The translations under genes and the position numbers were made by a program. Source: Setoptus koraiensis (lineage: Eukaryota; Animalia; Arthropoda). From it: a stretch of 64,000 bases of DNA. Below the pieces are notes generated by a model. That model made no database searches, was not told where the DNA came from, and worked only from the letters and a program-made list of their open reading frames with translations. Shown piece by piece: positions 1-10,600 of the stretch. Within the stretch, counting starts at the first letter, position 1; every line of letters starts with the position of its first letter. The DNA lies in contig CM106586.1 of NCBI GenBank assembly GCA_048013815.1, positions 1,488,001 to 1,552,000 of the forward strand, given 5' to 3'.

Positions 1-716
1 AATGCACCCATTGTTAATAACCGATAGAATGAGTGCCGTAGTGCAACCTCTAGAAAGAAGGCATCGTGATTTAATGTTAACCAATGCAGACCGGGTATAA
101 GACCACTAACGCCAAATAATATAAATACAGATACCCTAATCCAGCGATATTGTTTTAAACTAAATTTGTCTTGCATGAGAATGTTGATGCCAATTAAACC
201 AAATGTAACGACGCTAAACAAATAGAACGCCTTCAACGTGGGATGCTGATAAAAGCCATAATGAATCCAGGGGACAAATGAGAATGTTATCAATGATATA
301 ATACCACAATAATCCATTCTGCTGCATATTTTAGAGACATTCTCCGAATGGCAATTGAACGTGTGATATAATGTGGACATTATGTGACAAACAGTGGCAC
401 TTAATAAAAACAATCCTATAACCCATCTGTCTAATGGTGGCAATATTGAATGATATAATTGAAAGCACAAGTTGGCAAAGTAGAGGCCACCAATTAAATG
501 TGTCCATATATTTACAGTTTCGTTGTGTAGTTGAAATATAGATCTAGTGCATATTAGAAATGAATAAGTTGGTCTTCTATGGCCACAATGTAGAAATTTA
601 TTGTCACCTAACCATTCCGGTTGTTCCTTGAATTCGGTAGTTGAGCATTCTGCTTTGGCAAATTCCTTTATTAACTGAAACGCGGTGTGTTTGGTCTTGA
701 AGGCCAGGCTGTGCAT
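1..716 (-). CDS. AdipoR: Adiponectin receptor / PAQR-family membrane protein, 3'-partial (runs off position 1); absent from the ORF track
   Basis: Hand translation of the minus strand from ATG at 716 is open to position 1 (238 codons): ...PEWLGDNKFLHCGHRRPTYSFLICTRSIFQLHNETVNIWTHLIG...STLYHTFNCHSENVSKICSRMDYCGII...SFVPWIHYGFY... These match the diagnostic PAQR motifs (HxETxNIWTHL, xHTxxCHS, DYxGI). In-frame stops lie upstream of 716, so the gene starts there or splices in from an upstream exon. Confidence 0.93.
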   Translation of the reverse strand, partial: MHSLAFKTKHTAFQLIKEFAKAECSTTEFKEQPEWLGDNKFLHCGHRRPTYSFLICTRSIFQLHNETVNIWTHLIGGLYFANLCFQLYHSILPPLDRWVIGLFLLSATVCHIMSTLYHTFNCHSENVSKICSRMDYCGIISLITFSFVPWIHYGFYQHPTLKAFYLFSVVTFGLIGINILMQDKFSLKQYRWIRVSVFILFGVSGLIPGLHWLTLNHDAFFLEVALRHSFYRLLTMGA

Positions 717-1315
717 GTCGACGCCTCTCAATTGGGTTGGTTAGATAAGTTTCTATAGTTATTAGGCTGAGGTCGGTTGTTAAAATTGGTTTAGATCGGT
801 TTTTGGCTGTTTGTATGTGATCTAATTGGTTTATAACGGTTACTCGTTTGTTTGTATTTGTGTGTTTAAGTCGGCCTGATTTATCTACTATTAATATTAA
901 TACTCTATGATAATATAGAATTAATTGTTTCAGAAATAATTGTGTCAGTTGATGTGTGAGTGTGTGTGTGTTTGTGGCACAACATCAAGAGTAACAAGTG
1001 CTGGCAAGAAGTTGATGAAGATAATGATAACACGGCGACGATCCGTGCATTTGGCGTGCTCGAATCTAAATGGCAAACAGAAACATTGTGCACGGTGTTA
1101 TATAATGTTAATTTGGTGTTTTTGTGGTTATTATTATTAGTGTCGTCGTCGTCGTTGTCGTAGTTGCTGTTGCTGTTGCTGTTGTTATTGTTGCCTCTAT
1201 GGTTGAATGTAAACTAAATTAATATTATTAATGCTGCTGGTCTTATGGCATATGCTATAGTGACTGTGGCGGGATCTATGGCATTTAACGCAGCTACTCG
1301 ACGGCTTGTTACATT

Positions 1316-1363
1316 ACACACACACACACACACACACGCTCACACACACACAGACTCACACAC
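1316..1363. repeat. (CA)n microsatellite, imperfect
   Basis: Read directly from the sequence. Confidence 0.95.
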
Positions 1364-2001
1364 AGAGCTACTTTACATGCGATGTGTAACTACTATACAT
1401 TAGATCTCTGTTTTTAATCGCATTTCATCGTCTCTCTGTAGCTGGCGTTGTTGTTGTGTTGTTGTCGTCATCGACAATGTTTTGTTGTTGTTATACAAAC
1501 ATAAAGTAAATGATGAAAGAATCGTTGCTGTTATTCTTCATACATCTATTTATCTGGCAACTATACGTTAAAACTTGAACACAAATATAGCATGGAATTT
1601 ATCTATTAACTAGTATGAGAGAGTGTATTTACCTACTAAATGTTTAAGCAAGTCTCGAGACAGCACCGAGTGCCGCCGGCCACAGATCGTCGTGAAGAAG
1701 AACAAGAATTAGAGAGGAAGGTGATGACGGCCATTGCTCACTCAAGCTCACGAACAAACGAACATATTGTTGACATTGCCTAATGCCAACATCAAGTGCT
1801 CACCAATCTAAAAAAAGCCACACGTTCAACTACTTGTTAATGAGCCAATAAGCTGATAATATTAATAATAACAATAATATCACGATCACATAGACATCAA
1901 CGAGTGCCATTTAGATATTTACACAGCAACTTTGTTGTCAGAAACGCTCACTTGAGGAAGCTACTTGGTTTCGTTTTGCCGGCATCAGGCCAATCGGCAA
2001 G

Positions 2002-2340
2002 TCGCTAGTAACGTACAGAGAATGTTTTTATTTTTATAAAAGAAAGCACAAGCCTCAAACGAGACACTGTGTCTGGTTTTAAGCGTCTTCTGCAATCCAC
2101 AGAGCCGCTCAACAGCTCCGATTGCTCTGAGGTGAGCAGCAAACAACATGATCACTTATCACACGAGCCAACAGGAAACTTGTATGCATATTGATTTCAT
2201 TTACTTTACACAACTTCATACGCAACAACTACTGTTGTAACAAGCTGCACTGAAGTGAACAAGTGCTCAATAGAGTGCGAGAGCAAAGAGTTGCAACAAC
2301 AACAAAGAGCAGCAGTAACAACAAGTTCTTACGTAACTAA
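2002..2340 (+). repeat. Dispersed repeat, copy 1 (partner at 26345-26699, same orientation)
   Basis: Shared blocks such as agtaacgtacagag, agcacaagc.tcaaacgag.cactgtgtctggttt, gagcagcaaacaacatgatcacttatcacacgagccaacagga and acaacaaagagcagcagt.acaacaagttcttacg.aactaa; about 80% identity by eye. Confidence 0.9.
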
Positions 2341-2803
2341 AGCAGAAATCAATACATGAGTGCTGCTGCGAGTGGCATACGACTTTCTTGCTCTATGTCT
2401 ACAACACTACTCAAGTTTAGATTGCATATTGCCGTGCTTCAAGTAGAATAGACGGAGCACACAGCGATGCTAAGGGCATATCCATTGGGGTGCGAGGCAG
2501 CGCCACCATGGCGTGTAGTGCGTTTATGCGGTCATTTCCTGCCATCTGATTAATTAAGTAGAGACAGTATTGCTACAAGAGTGCGCCATATTGCTACAAT
2601 TATCAAGTCTTATAGATTAGATTAAAGAATTTTTCGGGTACTGAAGCGAATAGCGCCAAACTCTGATTTTAACTCCAAACTATTGTTTGGACAAGGTAAC
2701 TGCACCGACTGCCACATCTCGATCGAACGCAGCGCCCTGTATGCCCCCTTAAATATGTATGTGAAAAAGATCGTACATTGAAGCGTTATATATCTACAAT
2801 CGA

Positions 2804-5800
2804 TTACATACTCGATAGTAGTTTATTATACCGAGAATATACAAAAAATATACAACTCAACATAATCACTTGCAACAAAGTTCCTATCTGTATGTTTCTA
2901 CAAGTCGACGCTGTCAAAGGTTCTGACATATCAAGTCGCAGCAAGGTTCCCAAATCGACACAATTCATTTTATCTTTGTTTGTCTGAATTACATCCTTTG
3001 TCTCTGGGGATATGCATACTATATAAGCTGCATCGGGATCAACATCTTCTAGTATATAGTTCCTCCGATCATATGGTATTCTTATGACGGTCTTTAGTTT
3101 TGAGCCATTCTCCTCATCTCTAACACTATTGTCAATTTTTTCCTTAGTTAATAAGAATCCAGTTATATCTGTACTGGCGTCCATTACGTTCCAACCAATT
3201 CTAATAGCATTTCTTCCATCATAATAAGATTCTGCTCCAGAGAATTGTATTGGCAGGCGTAGCTTCTTATATCTATCGACCTCCTCGATCAAATGTTGAT
3301 CACATGTGAGATCTGGTGGATTGGTGATCAACATGTCCAATATGGACTTACCTGCCAACGACTCAGGCATCTTACAAGTATAGTCAGAGACAGTCTTGAA
3401 TAATGTTTTCGAATGCGCTATTTCGTTAGGATTTAAGTTGGGTCTAGTTCCGTTGGTATTAACAATCCATGCCAGAAACGGAAGAATATCACATGTGCAA
3501 TCTAATGGATTGCTCTTGAGATCGATAATAATACCTTTCTTGATCCACTTGACAACTTCATGATGCAAAGTATCAATCCTATTGTTGGACAAATCGAGGT
3601 GGGACAATTGTTGCATTCTATCGAATTCCTTTGGAGTTATCATCGTTATCTTGTTGTTGCTTAATATAAGCTCGGACAGGTTTCTGAGATTTCCGTTAAA
3701 AATCCCTTCCTTGAGATCTCTCAATTTATTGTGAGAAAGATCGAGGTAACGCAAAGATGATATATTGCCTATGACTTGAGGGTATATCTCATTCAATATA
3801 TTATTCTTCAAACTAAGCCACTCGAGTTTCTGCATACCATTATCGAAGTTATTTGTCAATATTCCTATAAGGTTATAACTTAGATCAAGATACTTTAGCT
3901 TGAATGGAATGTATTGTGAAGACAAAAAAGTTTTTTCCGTTATCAATGATAATCTATTATGGCTTAGATTTAAAGCTTCCAATGACAATAAATCCTCCAG
4001 AGCAGACCTTGTTCGATTCTCAACCTTGATAAGTTGATTATGAGAGAGATCTAAATTTTGTAATGAAACCATGGTAGAGAAGGTCTCTGGTGAAATCTCC
4101 ATGATATTGTTGTGGCTAAGATTTAATCTTAATAGTTGCAACATGCCCTCAAAAGCAAAATCGGATAGACTTGTTATATTATTATATTCAAGTTGCAACT
4201 CAAATACTATGGGTAATGTGCCAAAAGCTTTTCTGGTTAATTTGTTAATATTATTACCATCCAATCGTAGAAATTGTAAAGATGATAGATCCTTCAATGC
4301 ATTCACTGGTACAATAGTAATGTTGTTGTGACTCAAAGATAAAGTGTTGAGGGCTAGTAGTGTAGAAAATGTGCTATCTTCAATAGTGGATATTCTGTTA
4401 TAATCCAAATACAGCTCAAGTAATGAGTTCAGTGATGGAAATGAAGTTCTACTGAGTTGACCGATTTCATTGTGCTCTAAGTGAATTCTATTCAACGCAA
4501 CGGAGACGGGGAACATCTTTTTCAATTTGTTATAACTTATGTTTAAAGTCTTCATAGAAATCAAGCCAGACAAGCTTCCCGAACCAACATCAACTAAATT
4601 ATTATGGCTCAAATCCAATTCTAATAGCGTTGGAGAGTTACCAATACCCCCAAATCCAAGTCTTCTCAATGAATTATAGCTCATGTTGAAACTCCTTATA
4701 CTTTTAAGTCTTTCCATAAAACTACCTGAAACTTGAGAGATGTTATTATAACTAGCATCGACGATACTCAATTCATAGAGAGATTTGGTTGTGAATGACT
4801 TCTTATTGAACTCAGTTATTTGATTATGGCTAATATCAAGGAGTCTGATACCAGTCAGGTTCCCAATTGGCACTTTACTAATATCAGATATTAGATTATA
4901 AGAGAGGTTTAGTTCTGCGCAGTCTGATTGATCAAAGGCTAGACTAGACAGACCGTCATCAATTAAATTGTGGGATAAATCTAGCTTTGTGATGTTGGCA
5001 ATCTCATGAAATGCGTGATAATAAACTCTGCTAATCTTGTTATGGCTGAGATCTATGGCAACTGAATAAATACCTTTGAAAGCGTCAGTGGAAATATTGA
5101 CAATTTGATTTTGGGACAGATCTATAGTATCTAACCACTCTAGACTTTTGAATGTTTCCGGTAGAATAGTTTGAAGAGAATTTTGTGCTAGATAGATCCT
5201 TTTAATTCTAGTAGTGGGTGAAAAGGTGTTTTTAGCTATTTCACGAATGAAATTTCCATTCATGTTTATCTCTTTTAAGAAACGTACACTCTTTAGGAGA
5301 TAAGTGTCAATATCTTCAAATTTGTTGAAGGACAGGTCGAGAGAATATAATTTAGCATTACGTGCAAATATAGAACGAGGTATAGTTGATAATTGGTTAT
5401 TGGCTATGATAAGAGTTTCCAGATTAGTTAGCTCGTTGAAATCTTGACGATCAAGTGAGGCTATCCTATTATAAGATATATCCAGTAATTTCAATCTCCT
5501 ACCGAATGCGAATAAATTCTTCTCTATTTTTGTCAATTCATTGTGATCCAATAATAGCTTCTCTAAATTTGATAATCCATTAAAAGAGCCTTTAGTTAGT
5601 CTAGATAATCTATTGTGCGATAGATACAATTCGGTGAGATTGCTGAGCTTTGAGAAGGCATTATCATCAATCGATGAAATCAAATTTGTAGATAGACTAA
5701 GCAATCTCAAATTGATTAGATGAGCAATCGTTTCTGATGGTACCGAATGTAGTAGATTTGCATTAAGATTTAATGTTTGCAAATTTTTGGCAAGCTCAGG

Positions 5801-6196
5801 AGAGATAGAATCGGCCTCAATAGATTTCAAACTAGAATTCCTCACATCTAATTGTCTAGCTGTTTTATGAAAATTTTGATATGCTGTATCATTTAGAATG
5901 GGTCCAAATAGATGACTTATGGACGAGTTGTCAATCATCAGATGTTCAATAGGTAGATGTAGATTCTTGAGTGAAGTAGAAAGTAGAGCTAAGTTTAAAT
6001 TGCTACACCGAATTTGTAAGCCCAATGTACCATTAAAGCACGTACATGGATAAATAGGCCTACTATCCTTTGGACAAATGACATCACAGGCTATCTGGTT
6101 GGCTAAAATTATAGTTAGCCATATAATGTAAATAAATGTTGTTGTGCAATAATGATAGATTGGCCTAAATATGCCATATTTATCGTAGTATTTCAT
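2804..6196 (-). CDS. conv: Large extracellular LRR protein, convoluted/dALS (IGFALS/chaoptin-like); intronless, 1130 aa
   Basis: N-terminal hydrophobic segment, LRRNT (CPKDSRPIYPCTC...CS), about 30 LxxLxLxxN repeats, LRRCT (NPLDCTCDILPF...YTCKMPESLAGKSI), an FN3-like segment and a hydrophobic C-terminus. Segments such as AFGTLPIVFEL, AFEGMLQLLRLNLS, LEDLLSLEALNLSHNR and QYIPFKLKYLDLSYN match Drosophila convoluted as recalled; orthology was not computed. Confidence 0.85.
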   Translation of the reverse strand: MKYYDKYGIFRPIYHYCTTTFIYIIWLTIILANQIACDVICPKDSRPIYPCTCFNGTLGLQIRCSNLNLALLSTSLKNLHLPIEHLMIDNSSISHLFGPILNDTAYQNFHKTARQLDVRNSSLKSIEADSISPELAKNLQTLNLNANLLHSVPSETIAHLINLRLLSLSTNLISSIDDNAFSKLSNLTELYLSHNRLSRLTKGSFNGLSNLEKLLLDHNELTKIEKNLFAFGRRLKLLDISYNRIASLDRQDFNELTNLETLIIANNQLSTIPRSIFARNAKLYSLDLSFNKFEDIDTYLLKSVRFLKEINMNGNFIREIAKNTFSPTTRIKRIYLAQNSLQTILPETFKSLEWLDTIDLSQNQIVNISTDAFKGIYSVAIDLSHNKISRVYYHAFHEIANITKLDLSHNLIDDGLSSLAFDQSDCAELNLSYNLISDISKVPIGNLTGIRLLDISHNQITEFNKKSFTTKSLYELSIVDASYNNISQVSGSFMERLKSIRSFNMSYNSLRRLGFGGIGNSPTLLELDLSHNNLVDVGSGSLSGLISMKTLNISYNKLKKMFPVSVALNRIHLEHNEIGQLSRTSFPSLNSLLELYLDYNRISTIEDSTFSTLLALNTLSLSHNNITIVPVNALKDLSSLQFLRLDGNNINKLTRKAFGTLPIVFELQLEYNNITSLSDFAFEGMLQLLRLNLSHNNIMEISPETFSTMVSLQNLDLSHNQLIKVENRTRSALEDLLSLEALNLSHNRLSLITEKTFLSSQYIPFKLKYLDLSYNLIGILTNNFDNGMQKLEWLSLKNNILNEIYPQVIGNISSLRYLDLSHNKLRDLKEGIFNGNLRNLSELILSNNKITMITPKEFDRMQQLSHLDLSNNRIDTLHHEVVKWIKKGIIIDLKSNPLDCTCDILPFLAWIVNTNGTRPNLNPNEIAHSKTLFKTVSDYTCKMPESLAGKSILDMLITNPPDLTCDQHLIEEVDRYKKLRLPIQFSGAESYYDGRNAIRIGWNVMDASTDITGFLLTKEKIDNSVRDEENGSKLKTVIRIPYDRRNYILEDVDPDAAYIVCISPETKDVIQTNKDKMNCVDLGTLLRLDMSEPLTASTCRNIQIGTLLQVIMLSCIFFVYSRYNKLLSSM

Positions 6197-6315
6197 CGCG
6201 GCATAAATTTCCTATAGTATTGTTTTTAGCAGGAATGGCGTTTATCGTACTAGAACTGCATCTATTTGCTGTACAATGAGGCTCCCTCAAATGTCACTTC
6301 CCCAATAGCCTAGAA

Positions 6316-6563
6316 GCCTATAATTAACAGATATTGCGTCAACTGGTCCACTCACCCTTGAAATGGCCATTTCATTCGGCTGACGTTGATATAAATCCTG
6401 GCTCTTGCATTCTCTGAATATATCTTGCACTATATTTATAATTTCTTCGAATGTTTTAGTGATTTAATTTCTTTTATATATCACCTTATCTACTGCATAT
6501 TGATCCGATTGATACATTGATAATATTTCATTTTCATTCATAAATCGGAGCCTATGTGATGAT
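6316..6563 (-). pseudogene. mab-21: Disabled partial duplicate of mab-21 exon 1 plus its splice donor and about 40 nt of intron 1
   Basis: Aligns to 18841-19095 at about 80% by eye. Translates as RFMNENEILSMYQSDQYAVDKVIYKRN*ITKTFEEIINIVQDIFRE, followed by a 7-nt deletion and a TGC>TGA stop. The GGTGAGT donor is kept. Confidence 0.9.
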
Positions 6564-6778
6564 AATGATTATCATCGACACTCGGTGCCTGTTGCACGAT
6601 CCATGGATTCCCACTTTCTCTCTTTCTTTTTGTGATAGCTTTCGAAAGAGAGTAAAGTCAACGTTCCAGATTATCCAGATTGGTAATTATGTTAGGTTCA
6701 ATATAGACCTTTTTTTAATTTTGCCCTAAAAATTGACGTATGAGAGGTTCTTAATGTATCTTTTTGCAGAGATGGCTT

Positions 6779-7612
6779 TTACTGTGTTTGAACTGCATTT
6801 AATTGCTGTATTGTTATTAATTGCTGTAAACTCAATGAATCTACTCGACTCCGACCAATTTGAATGGGTGGCAGAACATATTGATCACAATCACATTTAA
6901 CACTATTGATGAAATTAAATGTACCAATACGAGCTATACAGTCATCCTTTTTACATTTGATGCGCCCTTTTAACCAACGAGCTTTATCTATTTGCTCTTT
7001 TATCCAGGTAGGTATATTTCGTTCATCGATGAATAACAGATCTTGCTTTTTGCTTGCACAATCGTCAATAGCCAAATTTACTGAGCTAGTTAACAAGCCT
7101 TCAGTGTTTGGTGGTGTTGACCCACTAGTGGATGTACTACTACTATTGAACAAAAATGGGCTTGTTGCTAGTGAACAGCCAACGCTACTACCACCATCTT
7201 GACTACTAAAATTGCTTTCCAACTGCCCAGTGGTGGCGTTTCTTGACTGTTGTGTGATATCAATGATCTTACTAACAAATCTGGTCTTAGTAAAAGCAGA
7301 ATCGGGGGCAGTGTCTTGTAAGTCTGCCGTTGTTGTTGCTGATGGTGTTGCTAATGTTGATGTGGTGGTAGAAGTGGTCGGAGTTGTGCTTGCTGTTGTT
7401 GTTGGCAAGCGGTCTAAGCTTGTGGGAGTTGGTGGTTCACTTATGGTCTCAGTCAATTCATCCGAGTTAACGGTATTACTACTACCAGTAGTAGTGGTGG
7501 CCGTGATAGAATCAAGAACCTGTTTCGTATGTGAATCTATGAGATGGCTACTATCGAACAGAGTTGTACGACACCGTTGACACTTGAATAAGAGATTTTC
7601 ATTGGCTCCCAT
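6779..7612 (-). CDS. RNF180 N-terminal / DUSP12(YVH1)-type zinc-binding domain protein with a long Thr/Ser insertion; no RING domain
   Basis: N-half FKCQRCRTTLF...H and C-half WIKEQIDKARWLKGRIKC...RIGTFNF..VKCDCDQ...IQIGRSRVD match the RNF180/DUSP12 zinc-domain pattern. Intronless ORF of 277 aa. Confidence 0.75.
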   Translation of the reverse strand: MGANENLLFKCQRCRTTLFDSSHLIDSHTKQVLDSITATTTTGSSNTVNSDELTETISEPPTPTSLDRLPTTTASTTPTTSTTTSTLATPSATTTADLQDTAPDSAFTKTRFVSKIIDITQQSRNATTGQLESNFSSQDGGSSVGCSLATSPFLFNSSSTSTSGSTPPNTEGLLTSSVNLAIDDCASKKQDLLFIDERNIPTWIKEQIDKARWLKGRIKCKKDDCIARIGTFNFINSVKCDCDQYVLPPIQIGRSRVDSLSLQQLITIQQLNAVQTQ

Positions 7613-10600
7613 AATTGATGAAGATGACGGTTAATTATGAAAATTCGATTATATATTATTATTATATATAAAATTGGTGTTTATTCTTTTTCTCTGTCAA
7701 GCAATTCTATGTGTATTAATATATAATTGTACAAAAATTATTCTAAATAACACTTGGAATCGTTTGGACAATAATAATAAAATAAAAAATGATAATAATA
7801 TTCTCACCCAAATATATTAAAATGCTGTAATAATCACAACATGTGATCAGTAATCATTGTGCAGTAGCTGCAAATGCGCACTATATTTTATCCTGTGCGA
7901 TGTTGTTCGAATTTGGAGGCACAGTAATCGCACATTGTTTGATCCACATTGCGTGTATAACTCATTCGAGATTGTTATTAGTATATTGGCGCCAGAATGG
8001 TGTTATACTGATTTCCTTTGAATTTTTCTTCTCTATCTGAAAGAATCTCATCAACCATATTTATCAGATAATATACAAACGGATTACGTAACTATTTGTT
8101 ACTAACCACTGACAACAAGCAAGATCAACTAGTCATATTGTTGTCTCATTAAAGGAAGCGTCTTGTTGTCCTGTTGCATGATTCACCTCTATTCAGGCAT
8201 CCCCATCAATCGTTTGTCTCTCTTGAGAAACTTTCATTTCATCAATTCTAATATACAATATACACCTTTACTTTTGTACCGATGTACATATATAAAATGC
8301 AGAACAGTTATAAGACACCCTCATTTAATCTTGATACCACCAAACGATTTTATTCAGTTGTCCTGTGTATATATGCGATAGCTGGTGAGATAATAAAACG
8401 AAACAGAAATTGCTGAGCACCGAAGAGGGCTCGTCAACCATCGACTAACAACTGGCAACTATCAAACTATCAACCATCAAACATTAGCCATCAGACATCA
8501 GTCGTCAGCCATCAGTCATCAGCTATCAACCATCACCATCATCACCATCTATCACTATCACTGTCAACTAACTTATTGTAAACCTCCATGTACGTGAGCC
8601 TCATGAAAGAATGGACAGGGGTTAAAGAAAGAAAAAAGTTCCTTTAGTTTTTCTCTTCTCTTCATCAACAAACAAGAGAATGTTAGATGTTTTAGAGGTA
8701 GAGAGAATGTTCCATGAGGAGGAGGAGGAGGAGTAGGAGGTGACCATAAACAGAATAGCATCAGTTGATCCCACCTAGATAGTAATGTAATGACTGTTGC
8801 TACTACCACCGCCACTACCACTTCTAGTCGACAACCTCAAAGTGGGACATACAAGCCAGCGAGCTTATAAAGAAAGATTGAGTTGAAGAAACAAACAAGC
8901 AAAATAAATAGAATGCTTTGGAAGCGAACCACTCACTACTGCAGTCTACTATATTGACATAATGGTCTTGGGACCAACCATGTGGTCGATAATTCTTCAG
9001 CAACACAATAGATAGATAGAATGGTTAGATATCTCTCTAGTGGTTCTATTTTTCCTGCCTTATACCGATGCATAACTGTAGAAAACAATTACCGCTAGCC
9101 ACCAATAGCATCTAGAACACAAACTTCCATTGCACTGCAAATATCTAGACAAATCCACTTTTTGATTACATTAATAAGAGACATTTGGGGTTAATGTTAT
9201 CTTCTCCATCATTTGGTTGTTATTTTTGTTGTCGTTGTTGTGGATATTTATCTGGATATAACAATAAGCTCTACCCAGACAAACAATTGTATTCGGACAA
9301 TAATTTTGTTGGAATGGTATTGTTAGAATTCATTGCAAGAAAAATAATCACTATCCAACTATCAAAAGTAGTTGTTCTATTATATGAATAGATATGAGTT
9401 TGAGAAGCTTGTCGCTCAATGAGGGACCAATTCAGGTTAGCAATATTTGTCCAAGTTGATTCACAAGCAAACACCCAAGCATATCTAATACATTGTTATA
9501 AGTATTACATTGCACAAAAGAGAATAGATGAAATATTCTTCAAATGGAGGAAATGGTTCTGGCTCTCATAGAAAATAATAATTGTAACTTGTCGCCTTTG
9601 AGTCCCTCACATTATACCCAGTAAAAGTTATCATCGAAACTATGGTTTAAATTATTCCAAAACGTTTTTGCTGGATTTTAAACGAACTGTTCAAATTTAT
9701 TCCGGCGAACAGCTTTTTAAGTTAGTACATATAAATTAAATCAATTCAACTCAACATAAAGGCTTAATGTATTACTAATTTTAGATTACTTCATAAATCA
9801 ACAGGTAAAAGTGATAGAAATTTATCGACAGATGCATCAACATGCCGGTGCACATCGAGGGAAAGGATGTCAGTATTTTTTTCTTTGTAATGATAGAAAT
9901 AGTCCCTTTTTTACTATAAGATTTGTTTATATTGTCCTTATGCAAATAGCTGGCGACAGTCATATTCAACCTGTCCAACATGTCGAAGCTCAACTTCTGT
10001 CAGAACTAAAGTACGCCTTTACATAGCTTTCGTAAACTTGTGAAGCTGGGCCAATTAACACTTATGTTGTATGCTCACAAACATTTTATTCGGTAGTGGC
10101 CATTCTTATAATATTCTAACCGCTCGTTTACTCCAATTATCCCTTTATTAGTAGCGCTAATGAAGATGTCTATATGCTTCTCGCTAGATTGTAAGTGATA
10201 GTATTACAATTTAAAATTAATTAATTGACATGGATCTCTAACAAAGGTTAACTATCATGGTAATAAATAAATATAATTGCTGTGGACGATAACAGTTAAA
10301 CCAGACAAGAGTAATTATTGCGTAAAGATTTGGCTCAAATAAGTGTAAACTTTTCTACTTACTATGTATTAGTTTATGTACATACACAAGATAACACCAT
10401 GACTTGACGTTATTAGATTTGCCTTAATTCGATCTTGGTTAGTTAGTTAATTAGAAAGCATTTAGTTATTAAAAGGTTAAATGATAATGCCAAAGAGCAT
10501 TCGTTACTTTTTTTGCTCTTTATTTCGCATTAATTTGTTTCAATTTATCGACAGTCACATATTCCCAGTAGCTGAACTACTTTTGAGTACCTAGAGGAAT

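Noticed and set aside
905-1163. Short ORFs at 905-1163
   Set aside because: Built on TG/GTT simple repeats; no homology recognised.
4071-7580. Plus-strand ORFs 4071-4331, 6906-7202 and 7212-7580
   Set aside because: Antisense shadows of the conv and RNF180-like CDSs.
8401-8570. Degenerate CATCA(G/A)C-type tandem repeats as a CRISPR-like or satellite array
   Set aside because: Low-complexity drift with no constant repeat or spacer length; eukaryotic context.
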